DNA from: Hyphomicrobiales bacterium | GTDB lineage: Bacteria; Pseudomonadota; Alphaproteobacteria; Rhizobiales; Xanthobacteraceae | DNA length: 40,674 bases | Assembly: GCA_043767065.1 (NCBI GenBank) | Contig: JAYUHJ010000255.1 | Span: 1 to 40,674, forward strand | Direction of reading: 5' to 3' | Shown: piece by piece, positions 8,216-16,093 of the stretch | How the letters are laid out: every line of letters starts with the position of its first letter | How positions within the stretch are numbered: position 1 is the stretch's first letter | Position numbers and translations under genes: made by a program | The notes under the pieces: model-generated | Databases searched by the model: none | The model's input: the letters and a program-made list of their open reading frames with translations, nothing else | What the model was told of the DNA's origin: nothing

Positions 8216-9993
8216 TCGGCGGCCTCCGCGGAAAATATTTTTTGCAACGCGTCGATCTCGTGGCGGCGCGCGAACGCGGCGAAGGTTTCGCCGGGCGAAG
8301 CACGGTTGGCGAGCCAGCCCTTCAGCATGCGCTCGACGAACTTCGGCGCGTTCTCGGCCTTAACGTCGCGGCAGAGTTCGCGGCCGATGGTGGCATCCGT
8401 CCCGAAGCCGCCGCCGACATAGATGTGATAGCCCTCGACGGTATCGCCCTCCTCGGAGATCGAAACGCGCGCACCGAGCAGCCCGATATCGCCGATATAA
8501 TGCTGCGCGCACGAGTGATGGCAGCCGGTGAGATGGATATTGACCGGCTGATCGATCGCGACACGGTCCTCGCACCACGCGGCGATTGTCTCGGCGTGCC
8601 CCTTGGTGTCGGAGGCGGAGAACCGGCACCCGCGATTGCCGGTGCAGGCGACGAGCCCGGCGCGGATCGCACTCGTGCGAGTCGAGAGCCCGGTCGCCTC
8701 GATTGCCAAAGCAACCGTGTCGACCTTTTCGCTGGGCACTCCGGAGAGCAGAAGATTCTGCCATACCGTGAGCCGGATATCGCCGTCGCCGAATTCTCCC
8801 GCGAGCCGGGCAAGCTCGCGCATCTGCCCGGCCGTCATTTTGCCGACCGGCAGGACGACCCCGATCCAGTTGCGCCCTTCCTGCTTCTGTGGGTGAACGC
8901 CGACATGCGCGAAGCGATCCGGCGCCGGCCTCGGCACGATCGCCTCCGGCGCGATCCGCACGAGCTTCTCGCCGAGCTTCGCCTCGACCGCGGCGAGAAA
9001 TTTCTCGAAGCCCCAGGCGTCGAGCACGTATTTCAGCCGCGCCTTGGTCCGGTTGGTGCGGTCGCCGCTGTCGATGAAGACCCGCACGATCGCATCGGCG
9101 ACGCGGCTGGCGTCCTGCGGGCGCAGAATCACACCGGTGTCGCGCGCGAAATCCTTGTGGCCGGTGATACCGCCGAGCGCGAGACGGAACCACACGCCAG
9201 GCTCGACCCCAAAGCCCTCCCGCACCTCGACCGCCTGGAAGCCGATGTCGTTGGTGTCCTCGAGCACGGCGATCGTGCCGGCGCCGTCGAAGGCGACATT
9301 GAACTTGCGTGGCAAACCATAGAGCGCGCGGTCGTTGAGGATGTGATGGTGCCACTCGGCGCAATAGGGCCTGGTATCGAGCAGTTCTTGCGGATCGATG
9401 CCGGCGGTCGGCGTGCCGGTGACGTTGCGGATATTGTCGGCGCCGGTCCCCTTCGTGGCGAGGCCGAGTCCCACTATGGATTCGATCAGGGCGACGCCGG
9501 CCGTCGCCGGGATTTCGCGGATCTGCAGGTTCGCGCGCGTGGTGACATGCGCATAACCGCTGCCGTGCTTCTCGGCGAGGTCGGCGACGCCGGCGAACTG
9601 CCAATGGCTTAGAATTCCGTTCGGGATCCGCAGCCGGCACATGAATGAATCCTGCGACGGCGCCACATAAAAGAGTCCGTGGAACTTCCAGCGAAAGACA
9701 TCGACGCCCTTCGGAAACACACCATCGTGCGCGGCCTGCTTCACGCGGCCATAGGCATCGAAGGGATGCTCTTCGCGCTTGGCCTTTTCCTCGGCGACGA
9801 GCTTTTTTCCCTCGGCCTCGAAGCGCGCCATGGCTTTGAGATGCTCGGCATCGGGGCCGGCGGGCTCAGTCGGCGCAGGCGCGGCCCCGCCCTTGCCGAC
9901 CGGGGCCAGCCCCTGGGCCGCACGCGAAGCCTGAACGCCCGAGACGAACCCCTCGAGATAGCGCTTCTGTTCCGCGCTGAAATCGCTGCTCAT
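8212..9993 (-). CDS. nirA: Ferredoxin-type assimilatory nitrite reductase (siroheme / 4Fe-4S nitrite-sulfite reductase family)
   Basis: Track ORF, 593 aa. Cluster-binding cysteines in GLVACTGNRGCRFS and IHLTGCHHSCAQHY. Sits between nitrate transporter and reductase genes, with cysG (siroheme synthesis) in the same unit. Confidence 0.85.
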   Translation of the reverse strand: MSSDFSAEQKRYLEGFVSGVQASRAAQGLAPVGKGGAAPAPTEPAGPDAEHLKAMARFEAEGKKLVAEEKAKREEHPFDAYGRVKQAAHDGVFPKGVDVFRWKFHGLFYVAPSQDSFMCRLRIPNGILSHWQFAGVADLAEKHGSGYAHVTTRANLQIREIPATAGVALIESIVGLGLATKGTGADNIRNVTGTPTAGIDPQELLDTRPYCAEWHHHILNDRALYGLPRKFNVAFDGAGTIAVLEDTNDIGFQAVEVREGFGVEPGVWFRLALGGITGHKDFARDTGVILRPQDASRVADAIVRVFIDSGDRTNRTKARLKYVLDAWGFEKFLAAVEAKLGEKLVRIAPEAIVPRPAPDRFAHVGVHPQKQEGRNWIGVVLPVGKMTAGQMRELARLAGEFGDGDIRLTVWQNLLLSGVPSEKVDTVALAIEATGLSTRTSAIRAGLVACTGNRGCRFSASDTKGHAETIAAWCEDRVAIDQPVNIHLTGCHHSCAQHYIGDIGLLGARVSISEEGDTVEGYHIYVGGGFGTDATIGRELCRDVKAENAPKFVERMLKGWLANRASPGETFAAFARRHEIDALQKIFSAEAAE

Positions 9994-10015
9994 GGGCGCC
10001 TCGATCGACGCACCT

Positions 10016-10810
10016 TCAGGCCGCCTCGACGTAGCGGTGGCGTTCGTAGAGGAGCCTGAGCACCGCTTCGCGTGCCTTGAGGTAGGTCGGGTTCGAGACC
10101 AGCTCGAGCCGCTTGCGCGGACGCGCGAGCGAGACCGTGAGCTCTTCGCCGATCCGCGCCGCCGGTCCGTTGGTCATCATCACGATGCGGTCGGACAACA
10201 GCACGGCTTCGTCCACGTCGTGGGTGATCATGAGCACCGTGTTGCCGAGCCGCGCATGGATCTGCATCACCGAGTCTTGCAGATGCGCCCGTGTCAGTGC
10301 ATCGAGCGCGCCGAACGGCTCGTCGAGCAGGAGCACCTTCGGCTCCATAGCGAGCGCGCGGGCGAGACCCACGCGTTGCTTCATGCCGCCGGAGATTTCC
10401 GCCGGCCGCTTGTCCTTGGCGTGCACCATCTGCACGAGGTCGAGATTGTGCAGCGTCCAGGCGTTCCGCTCGGCCCGCGTCTTCTTACCGGAGAACACCT
10501 TGTCCACGGCGAGTCGCACGTTGTCGTAAACCGTGAGCCAAGGCAGCAGACTATGATTCTGGAACACGACCGCGCGGTCGGGCCCCGGGCCCGCGATCTC
10601 ACGGCCTTCGAGCACCGCGCCGCCGTTAGTCGCCGGGGTCAGCCCGGCGACGATATTGAGCAGCGTCGATTTCCCGCAACCCGAATGTCCGATGATCGAG
10701 ACGAACTCGCCCTTCTCGACGGAGAGTGTGATGCCACGCAGCACTTCGGTCTCGGTCGAGCCGCGGCTGAAGGTCTTGTCGATGTGATCGAGCAGCAGAT
10801 AGGCGGTCAT
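10016..10810 (-). CDS. nrtC: Nitrate ABC transporter ATP-binding protein
   Basis: Track ORF 10016..10948 trimmed to ATG 10810 (MTAYLLLDHIDKTFSRG...). Walker A GHSGCGKST, signature ISGGMKQRV, Walker B VLLLDEPFGALD. Confidence 0.85.
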   Translation of the reverse strand: MTAYLLLDHIDKTFSRGSTETEVLRGITLSVEKGEFVSIIGHSGCGKSTLLNIVAGLTPATNGGAVLEGREIAGPGPDRAVVFQNHSLLPWLTVYDNVRLAVDKVFSGKKTRAERNAWTLHNLDLVQMVHAKDKRPAEISGGMKQRVGLARALAMEPKVLLLDEPFGALDALTRAHLQDSVMQIHARLGNTVLMITHDVDEAVLLSDRIVMMTNGPAARIGEELTVSLARPRKRLELVSNPTYLKAREAVLRLLYERHRYVEAA

Positions 10811-10821
10811 GATCGCTCTTT

Positions 10822-11727
10822 TCAGTTGGCCGCGGTGCCGCGGGTGACGATCGTTGAGATGCCGGCCACTAGCCGGTCGAGCAGGAAGCCGACAACGCCG
10901 ATATAGGCGAGCGCCACCACGATGTCGGGCAGGCGCGAGGAGTTCCACGCATCCCAGATGAAGAAGCCGATGCCGACGCCGCCGGTGAGCATTTCAGCGG
11001 CGACGATCGCGAGCCACGAGAGCCCGATCCCGATCCTGAGGCCGGTGAAGATGTAGGGCGCCGCCGACGGCACCATGATTTTCCAGAAGAACTCAAATTG
11101 ATTGAGCCGCAGTACCTGCGCGACGTTGCGGTAATCCTGCGGAATGTTGCGAACACCGACCGCGGTATTGATGATTACCGGCCAGATCGAAGTGATGAAG
11201 ATCACGAAGATCGCCGAGGGCCGGCTGTCGCGGAAAGCGGCGAGCGATAGCGGCAGCCAGGCGAGTGGTGGCACTGTGCGCAATATTTGGAAAATCGGGT
11301 CGAGACCGCGCATCGCCCAAAGCGACTGACCCACAAGCGCTCCGAGCAGAACGCCGACCACGGCGGCAAGTCCGAAGCCGACCGCGACCCGCTGCAGCGA
11401 GGTGAGAATACGCCACCCAAGTCCGATGTCCTGCGGACCGGCGACGAAGAACGGATCGACGATCAGATCGCGTGCATCCGTCCATATTTGCGAGGGCGGC
11501 GGCAGCGTCGCGCCCGGTCTGGCGCACAGATATTGCCAGACCGCGAGCAGGATGCCGAGCATGATCAGCGGCGGGATCGTCCGAACCGCCACGGCAGAAA
11601 TTGCCGGGACGAGCTTCTCTTTGAAGAAGCTCGATCTCGGCGCGTTGAGCGGCAACACGATCGCGCCCTTGACCGGCAGCGCGGGTAGCGCCGGCAGCAC
11701 GTCGGATTTGAGAACGGGCATATTCAT
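10822..11727 (-). CDS. nrtB: Nitrate ABC transporter permease
   Basis: Track ORF, 301 aa. Polytopic hydrophobic protein of the NrtB / binding-protein-dependent permease type, located between nrtA and nrtC. An alternative ATG lies two codons downstream (11721). Confidence 0.85.
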   Translation of the reverse strand: MNMPVLKSDVLPALPALPVKGAIVLPLNAPRSSFFKEKLVPAISAVAVRTIPPLIMLGILLAVWQYLCARPGATLPPPSQIWTDARDLIVDPFFVAGPQDIGLGWRILTSLQRVAVGFGLAAVVGVLLGALVGQSLWAMRGLDPIFQILRTVPPLAWLPLSLAAFRDSRPSAIFVIFITSIWPVIINTAVGVRNIPQDYRNVAQVLRLNQFEFFWKIMVPSAAPYIFTGLRIGIGLSWLAIVAAEMLTGGVGIGFFIWDAWNSSRLPDIVVALAYIGVVGFLLDRLVAGISTIVTRGTAAN

Positions 11728-11753
11728 TCATCTTCTCCGTCGTCGAATGAGAA

Positions 11754-11777
11754 GAGGCCGCCCCTGAGGGCGGCCTC
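11754..11777 (-). terminator. GC-rich hairpin between nrtA and nrtB (partial terminator or mRNA stabiliser)
   Basis: On the mRNA strand GAGGCCGCCC-tcag-GGGCGGCCTC forms a 10-bp perfect stem, followed by TTCTCATT. It begins 9 nt after the nrtA stop. Confidence 0.45.
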
Positions 11778-11785
11778 GCCGGTAA

Positions 11786-13093
11786 CTACACCTCGACGCG
11801 TTTGATCGAGAGGCTCTTGAGATAGGCGGCGGGATTTTCGGGATCGAAAACCTTGCCGTCGAAGAAGGTCTCCTTGCCGCGCGAGGAGGAGGCCGGAATG
11901 TCGGCGCTGGCGACGCCGAGCGTCTTGGCCGCCTCGCGCCACAGGTCTTCGCGGTTTATCTTATCGACCAGCGCCTTGGCATCGGTCGCCGGCTCGAACT
12001 TGCCCCAGCGGATGTCCTCGGTGACGAACCAGAGGTCATGGCTCTTGAACGGATAGGAGGCGTGCTCGCTCCAGAACTTCATATATTGCTTGGTGCCGGT
12101 AGCGACGCGGCCGTTACCGTAATTGATGTCGCCCTTGAGCCTGCCGAGGATGTCGGCGACCGGCACATTGAACCACTGGCGCTTGCCAACGATGGTGGCA
12201 AGCTCCTCCTTGTTCTCCATCTTCTCGCACCACTGCTGCGCCTCCATCACGGCCATCAGCAGCGCCTTGGCGGCGTTCGGATATTTATCGACCCACTCGG
12301 CGCGCATGCCGACCGCCTTCTCGGGATGCTTGAACCAGATCTCGCCGGTGGTGCAGGCGGTGTAGCCGATGTCCTGGTTGACGAGCTGATTGGGCCACGG
12401 CTCGCCGACGCAGAAAGCGTCCATGTTGCCGACCTTCATGTTCGCCACCATTTGCGGTGGCGGCACCGGGATCAGCTTCATGTCGTTGTCGGGGTCGATG
12501 CCGCCGGCGGCGAGCCAGTAGCGAATCCATAGGTCGTGCGTGCCGCCGGGGAAGGTGTGGGCGCCGGTGAAATCCTTGCCCTTGGCTTTCCTCGCGGCGA
12601 TGACGGCCTTGAGCGGCGAGGCATCGAGGCCGATGCGCGGCTCCTTGAACTCGTTCGATACCGAGATCGATTGGCCGTCGATATGCGTGCGCGCCAGCAT
12701 CGCCATCGGCACCGGCACGTTGTTCTGGGTGATTTTCCCGGCCGCTATGAGGTAGGGCATCGGCGTCAGGATGTGCGCGCCGTCGATGCCGTTGCTCGCG
12801 CTGCCGAGCACGATATTGTCGCGGGTGGCGGGCCAGGACGCTTGCTTCAAGACCTCGACGTCCGGCATCCCATGCTTGGCGTAAAACCCCTTCTCCTTAG
12901 CGATGATGAGCGCGCAGGCGTCGGTAAGCGCGATGAAGCCGAGCTTGGTGCCTTTGACCTCGGGGCCCGCGCCTTGCGCGAAGGCGCCGCCTGGGAACGC
13001 GACTTTTATCGTTGCAACAAGAGCCGCGGCCGCTGAGGATTTCAGGAGCCTTCTCCGGCCAATACGGGGATTTATTTCATCATCCGGCTTCAT
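11786..13093 (-). CDS. nrtA: Nitrate ABC transporter substrate-binding protein (promoter-distal paralogue)
   Basis: Track ORF, 435 aa. Twin-arginine signal RIGRRRLLKSSAAAALVA and NrtA/NMT1-like body. GGGAGG lies 8 nt upstream of the ATG. Confidence 0.9.
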   Translation of the reverse strand: MKPDDEINPRIGRRRLLKSSAAAALVATIKVAFPGGAFAQGAGPEVKGTKLGFIALTDACALIIAKEKGFYAKHGMPDVEVLKQASWPATRDNIVLGSASNGIDGAHILTPMPYLIAAGKITQNNVPVPMAMLARTHIDGQSISVSNEFKEPRIGLDASPLKAVIAARKAKGKDFTGAHTFPGGTHDLWIRYWLAAGGIDPDNDMKLIPVPPPQMVANMKVGNMDAFCVGEPWPNQLVNQDIGYTACTTGEIWFKHPEKAVGMRAEWVDKYPNAAKALLMAVMEAQQWCEKMENKEELATIVGKRQWFNVPVADILGRLKGDINYGNGRVATGTKQYMKFWSEHASYPFKSHDLWFVTEDIRWGKFEPATDAKALVDKINREDLWREAAKTLGVASADIPASSSRGKETFFDGKVFDPENPAAYLKSLSIKRVEV

Positions 13094-13118
13094 CGCTTCA
13101 ACCTCCCAATGGTTTTTT

Positions 13119-13160
13119 CTAGAGCGGGTTCCGTCCCTTCGGAATCGGAACCCGCTCTAG
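13119..13160. repeat. Perfect 15-bp inverted repeat with a 12-nt loop between the two nrtA genes
   Basis: CTAGAGCGGGTTCCG (13119-13133) and CGGAACCCGCTCTAG (13146-13160). On the + strand it is flanked by ggtttttt and tttctttcattttt. On the mRNA (-) strand it is followed by AAAAAA and then the SD. Confidence 0.9.
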
Positions 13161-13248
13161 TTTCTTTCATTTTTCGCATTTCATCGGCGAACCGCCGAAC
13201 ACTTCGCCGGAAATTGCTCTAATTCCGATGGAGGAATCGATAGTCGCG

Positions 13249-14586
13249 TCAAACCTCAACCCGCTTGATGGACAGGCTCTTGAGATAGGCAGCCGGGGCG
13301 GCGGGATCGAACACCTTGCCGTCGAAGAACACCTCCCTGCCGCGCGAGTTAGAGGCCGGGATGTCGGACGCAGGCAACGACAGGGCCTTGGCCGCTTGCC
13401 GCCAGATATCCTCGCGGTTGACCTTGTCGACGAGCGCGGTGACATCGGTCGTCGGTTCGAACTTGCCCCAGCGAATGTTCTCGGTGACGAACCATGCGTC
13501 GTGGCTCTTGAACGGATACGAGGCGTGCTCGCTCCAGAACTTCATATGCTGCTTGGTGCCCTTCTCGAACCGGCCGTTGCCGTAGTTCACGTCACCCTTG
13601 AGTCGGCCGATGATGTCGGCCACGGGGACATTGAACCACTGGCGCCTGCCGACGATTGCTGCGAGCTCATCCTTGTTTTCAGGCTTTTCGCACCACTGCT
13701 GCGCTTCCATGACCGCCATCAGCAGCGCGCGCGCGGCGTTCGGATGCTTGTCGACCCAAGCGGCGCGCAGGCTGAGCGCCTTTTCCGGATGCTTGGACCA
13801 GACTTCACCGGTGGTGCAGGCGGTAAATCCAATGCCCTGGTTGACGAGCTGTTCGTTCCAGGGCTCGCCGACGCAGAAGGCGTCCATGTTGCCGACCTTC
13901 ATGTTCGCCACCATCTGCGGCGGCGGCACCACGATGGTCGCAATATCCTTGTCGGGATCGATGCCGCCGGCGGCGAGCCAATAGCGAACCCACAGATCGT
14001 GGGTGCCGCCGGGGAAGGTCATGGCGACCGTGCCTTGCTTGCCTTCGGCTTTCCTCTTGGCGAAGACGGCCTTGAGCGGCGACGCGTCGGTCGTAACTTT
14101 GAGATCCTTGAATTCGTTGGCGACGGAAATCGCCTGCGCGTCGAGATTGAGCCGCGCCAGCAGATACATCGGAGTCGGCACGTTGTTCTGCGTCACCTTG
14201 CCGGCCGAGATCAGATAAGGCATCGGCGAAAGAATGTGCGCGCCGTCGATGCCATTCTTCTCCGAACCGAGCACGATGTTGTCGCGGGTCGCGCCCCACG
14301 AGGCCTGTTTCGATACTTCGACGTCGGGCATGCCGTGCTTGGCGTAGAAGCCCTTTTCCTTGGCGATCACGAGCGCCGAGGCGTCGGTCAGCGCGATGTA
14401 GCCGAGAATGGCCTTGGTTACTTCCGGTCCCGCGGCTTCGGCGATGTGAACGCCGGCGGAGAAATTCGTCTGCAGCGCACCAACGAGCGCGGCGGTGCCG
14501 GCGCTCGCCTTCAGGAACGCGCGGCGGCTCAAGCCGTTGCGGATCCCCGTTCCCTTGTCTGTTTTCTTGGTCATCGCAGTCGTCAT
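13249..14586 (-). CDS. nrtA: Nitrate ABC transporter substrate-binding protein (promoter-proximal paralogue)
   Basis: Track ORF 13249..14628 trimmed to ATG 14586 (MTTAMTKK...). An ATG at 14574 has better spacing to AAGGA. Twin-arginine signal LSRRAFLKASAGTAALVG. Long blocks are identical to the downstream paralogue, including the last 14 residues AAYLKSLSIKRVEV. Confidence 0.9.
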   Translation of the reverse strand: MTTAMTKKTDKGTGIRNGLSRRAFLKASAGTAALVGALQTNFSAGVHIAEAAGPEVTKAILGYIALTDASALVIAKEKGFYAKHGMPDVEVSKQASWGATRDNIVLGSEKNGIDGAHILSPMPYLISAGKVTQNNVPTPMYLLARLNLDAQAISVANEFKDLKVTTDASPLKAVFAKRKAEGKQGTVAMTFPGGTHDLWVRYWLAAGGIDPDKDIATIVVPPPQMVANMKVGNMDAFCVGEPWNEQLVNQGIGFTACTTGEVWSKHPEKALSLRAAWVDKHPNAARALLMAVMEAQQWCEKPENKDELAAIVGRRQWFNVPVADIIGRLKGDVNYGNGRFEKGTKQHMKFWSEHASYPFKSHDAWFVTENIRWGKFEPTTDVTALVDKVNREDIWRQAAKALSLPASDIPASNSRGREVFFDGKVFDPAAPAAYLKSLSIKRVEV

Positions 14587-14626
14587 CCTTTTCGGCGTTG
14601 GATCGGTTCGTTCCTCTCCCGCAAAC

Positions 14627-14678
14627 AAAAAAGCCGCAGCCTGAAGCAGCGCGTAGCGCTTCCCCCCAGACCAGCGGC
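14627..14678 (-). terminator. Intrinsic terminator (attenuator) in the nrtA leader
   Basis: mRNA strand: GCCGC-tg-GTCTG-gggggaagcgc-tac-gcgctgctt-CAGGC-t-GCGGC-TTTTTT. This is a long imperfect hairpin of about 18 bp plus a U6 tract, ending about 40 nt before the nrtA start. Confidence 0.6.
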
Positions 14679-14685
14679 GTTGCTG
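14672..14685 (-). promoter_or_regulatory. Candidate ANTAR (NasT) target hairpin
   Basis: mRNA strand CAGC-AACGCC-GCTG forms a 4-bp stem with a hexaloop (A at position 1, G at position 4). Its loop and 3' arm contain the GCCGCTG that forms the base of the terminator, so the two structures exclude each other. I found no convincing second hexaloop hairpin. Confidence 0.35.
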
Positions 14686-14734
14686 TATTCGGCGCCATCA
14701 TCCTTGGCAGCGCCGTTTCCTCGAACCCCTCTAA

Positions 14735-14750
14735 TTCAAGAGGCGTGCCA
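14735..14750 (-). promoter_or_regulatory. Sigma54-like promoter (TGGCACG-N4-TTGA)
   Basis: mRNA strand TGGCACGCCTCTTGAA matches TGGCACG-N4-TTGCW with correct spacing, except that the -12 GC is GA. It lies about 60 nt upstream of the candidate ANTAR hairpin. Confidence 0.3.
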
Positions 14751-14858
14751 AGCACCTGCGAGCGCGGCAAACCCTTTCCCGCAAAGGATTTCCCGAGCTG
14801 CTGAAGCCGGAAAGCGCGGCCGACCGGTACTCCCATGCTGCTTAGCTTGGCTGCAGCA

Positions 14859-14875
14859 TGCAAAGAATTTGTGCA
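14859..14875. promoter_or_regulatory. NtrC-like dyad (TGCACA-N5-TTTGCA), possible enhancer
   Basis: mRNA strand TGCACAAATTCTTTGCA compared with the enteric consensus TGCACC-N5-GGTGCA gives 9 of 12 half-site positions. It is about 110 bp upstream of the sigma54-like -24 element. Confidence 0.25.
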
Positions 14876-14905
14876 AAGCGGTAAGCGCCTCTCAGCCCAC
14901 GTGAT

Positions 14906-16093
14906 TCACCTTAACGAGCGGCGGATCGGCCACACGTTCAAGTGCGCCTCGATGTCGTCGGGGTCGAACGCCGGCCCGGCGAACGCGCCGACGCCGTCGG
15001 CCGGTTCGCTCGCCGGCAGCGCACCGGGAGAACCGAGCGCTTCGTCATAGAGATCGGACCGGAACACGGACTTCGCGACCGCCAAAAGTTCGCGCGACAG
15101 CGGAGCCTGACCCCAACGCGCCATCTGCGCGTAGAGCCAAGCGGCCTGCACCGGATCGGGGCGCGCGGCGCCGAAGCGGCCGACGAGCAGATAGCGGTCG
15201 CTCGACCGGAAGGTTCCATCCGGCGACACCATCAGGCGCCCGCTCAGGCTGCGGCGGATCGCTTCCGCCGATACGCCCACCCGATTAGGCGCCGCAAGAA
15301 TTCCCCCGACTTCATCGAGATTCTCTTGACGCTCGATGAATTCCGCGGCGCGCGCGTGCGCGCGCACCAGTTTCCGCACCAGTTTCCGCACCAGCACTGG
15401 ATGCTCCCTGGCCCATTGCTCGCGAACCGCAAGCACTCTTTCGGCTGCGCGCTTCATGATCTCCGACGCGAAATGCAGGATATGGCCGATTTTCAAATCA
15501 ACGGCGACCGAGTTCCATGGCGCACCGACGCAGAACGCATCGACTTGGCCGCCCTGCAGGCTCTCGACCATGAAAGGCGGCGGCAGCACGACGAGCCGCA
15601 CATCCTCATCGGGATCGACCCCGCCGGAAGCCATCCAGAAACGAAGTTGATAATTGTGCGTCGAGAACGGGAACGGCATGCCGAAGGTCAAAGGCGGCGC
15701 ACCTTTGGCCTTGCGGCCTTGCACGACCCGCTTGAGCGACGCCGCGGTAACGCGCGGATCGACCATATCGCCATCGGCGGTGTCAGCGATCGCCCGGTAA
15801 AGCTCCGGCGCCACCGTGATCGCGTTGCCGTTGAGCCCGAGATTGAGCGGAGCGACGATCGAAACCTTGACGTGGCCGAGACCGAGGCTCGAGGCGATCG
15901 CGACCGGCGCCAGGAGATGAGCGGCGTCGAACAGCCCGATATTGAGCTTGTCGCGCACGTTCGACCATGACACCTCGCGCACGAGCTCGACATCGAGGCC
16001 TTCGGCAGCGAGGAACCCTTTGTCGGCGGCGACGATCAGCGCCGCCGCGTCGGCCAGCGGAATAAATCCAATGCGGAGTTTTTCGTTCTTCAT
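14906..16093 (-). CDS. nasS: Nitrate/nitrite sensor NasS (cytoplasmic NrtA-like protein)
   Basis: Track ORF, 395 aa. NrtA/NMT1-like sequence LRIGFIPLADAAALIVAADKGF without a signal peptide. ATGA overlap with nasT. Confidence 0.85.
   Translation of the reverse strand: MKNEKLRIGFIPLADAAALIVAADKGFLAAEGLDVELVREVSWSNVRDKLNIGLFDAAHLLAPVAIASSLGLGHVKVSIVAPLNLGLNGNAITVAPELYRAIADTADGDMVDPRVTAASLKRVVQGRKAKGAPPLTFGMPFPFSTHNYQLRFWMASGGVDPDEDVRLVVLPPPFMVESLQGGQVDAFCVGAPWNSVAVDLKIGHILHFASEIMKRAAERVLAVREQWAREHPVLVRKLVRKLVRAHARAAEFIERQENLDEVGGILAAPNRVGVSAEAIRRSLSGRLMVSPDGTFRSSDRYLLVGRFGAARPDPVQAAWLYAQMARWGQAPLSRELLAVAKSVFRSDLYDEALGSPGALPASEPADGVGAFAGPAFDPDDIEAHLNVWPIRRSLR
15363..15394. repeat. 12-bp tandem repeat (cgcaccagtttc x about 2.7) inside nasS, in frame
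   Basis: cgcaccagtttc at 15363-15374 and 15375-15386, then cgcaccag. Encodes LVRK-LVRK-LVR. Confidence 0.9.

Noticed and set aside
8242-9612. 456-aa + strand ORF and 426-aa - strand ORF 8360..9640
   Set aside because: They are the antisense frame and an alternative frame of nirA. Only the 8212..9993 frame carries the nitrite/sulfite reductase cysteine motifs.
13228-14904. 558-aa + strand ORF
   Set aside because: It is antisense to the first nrtA and runs through the non-coding leader. It has no motifs and shadow-ORF composition.
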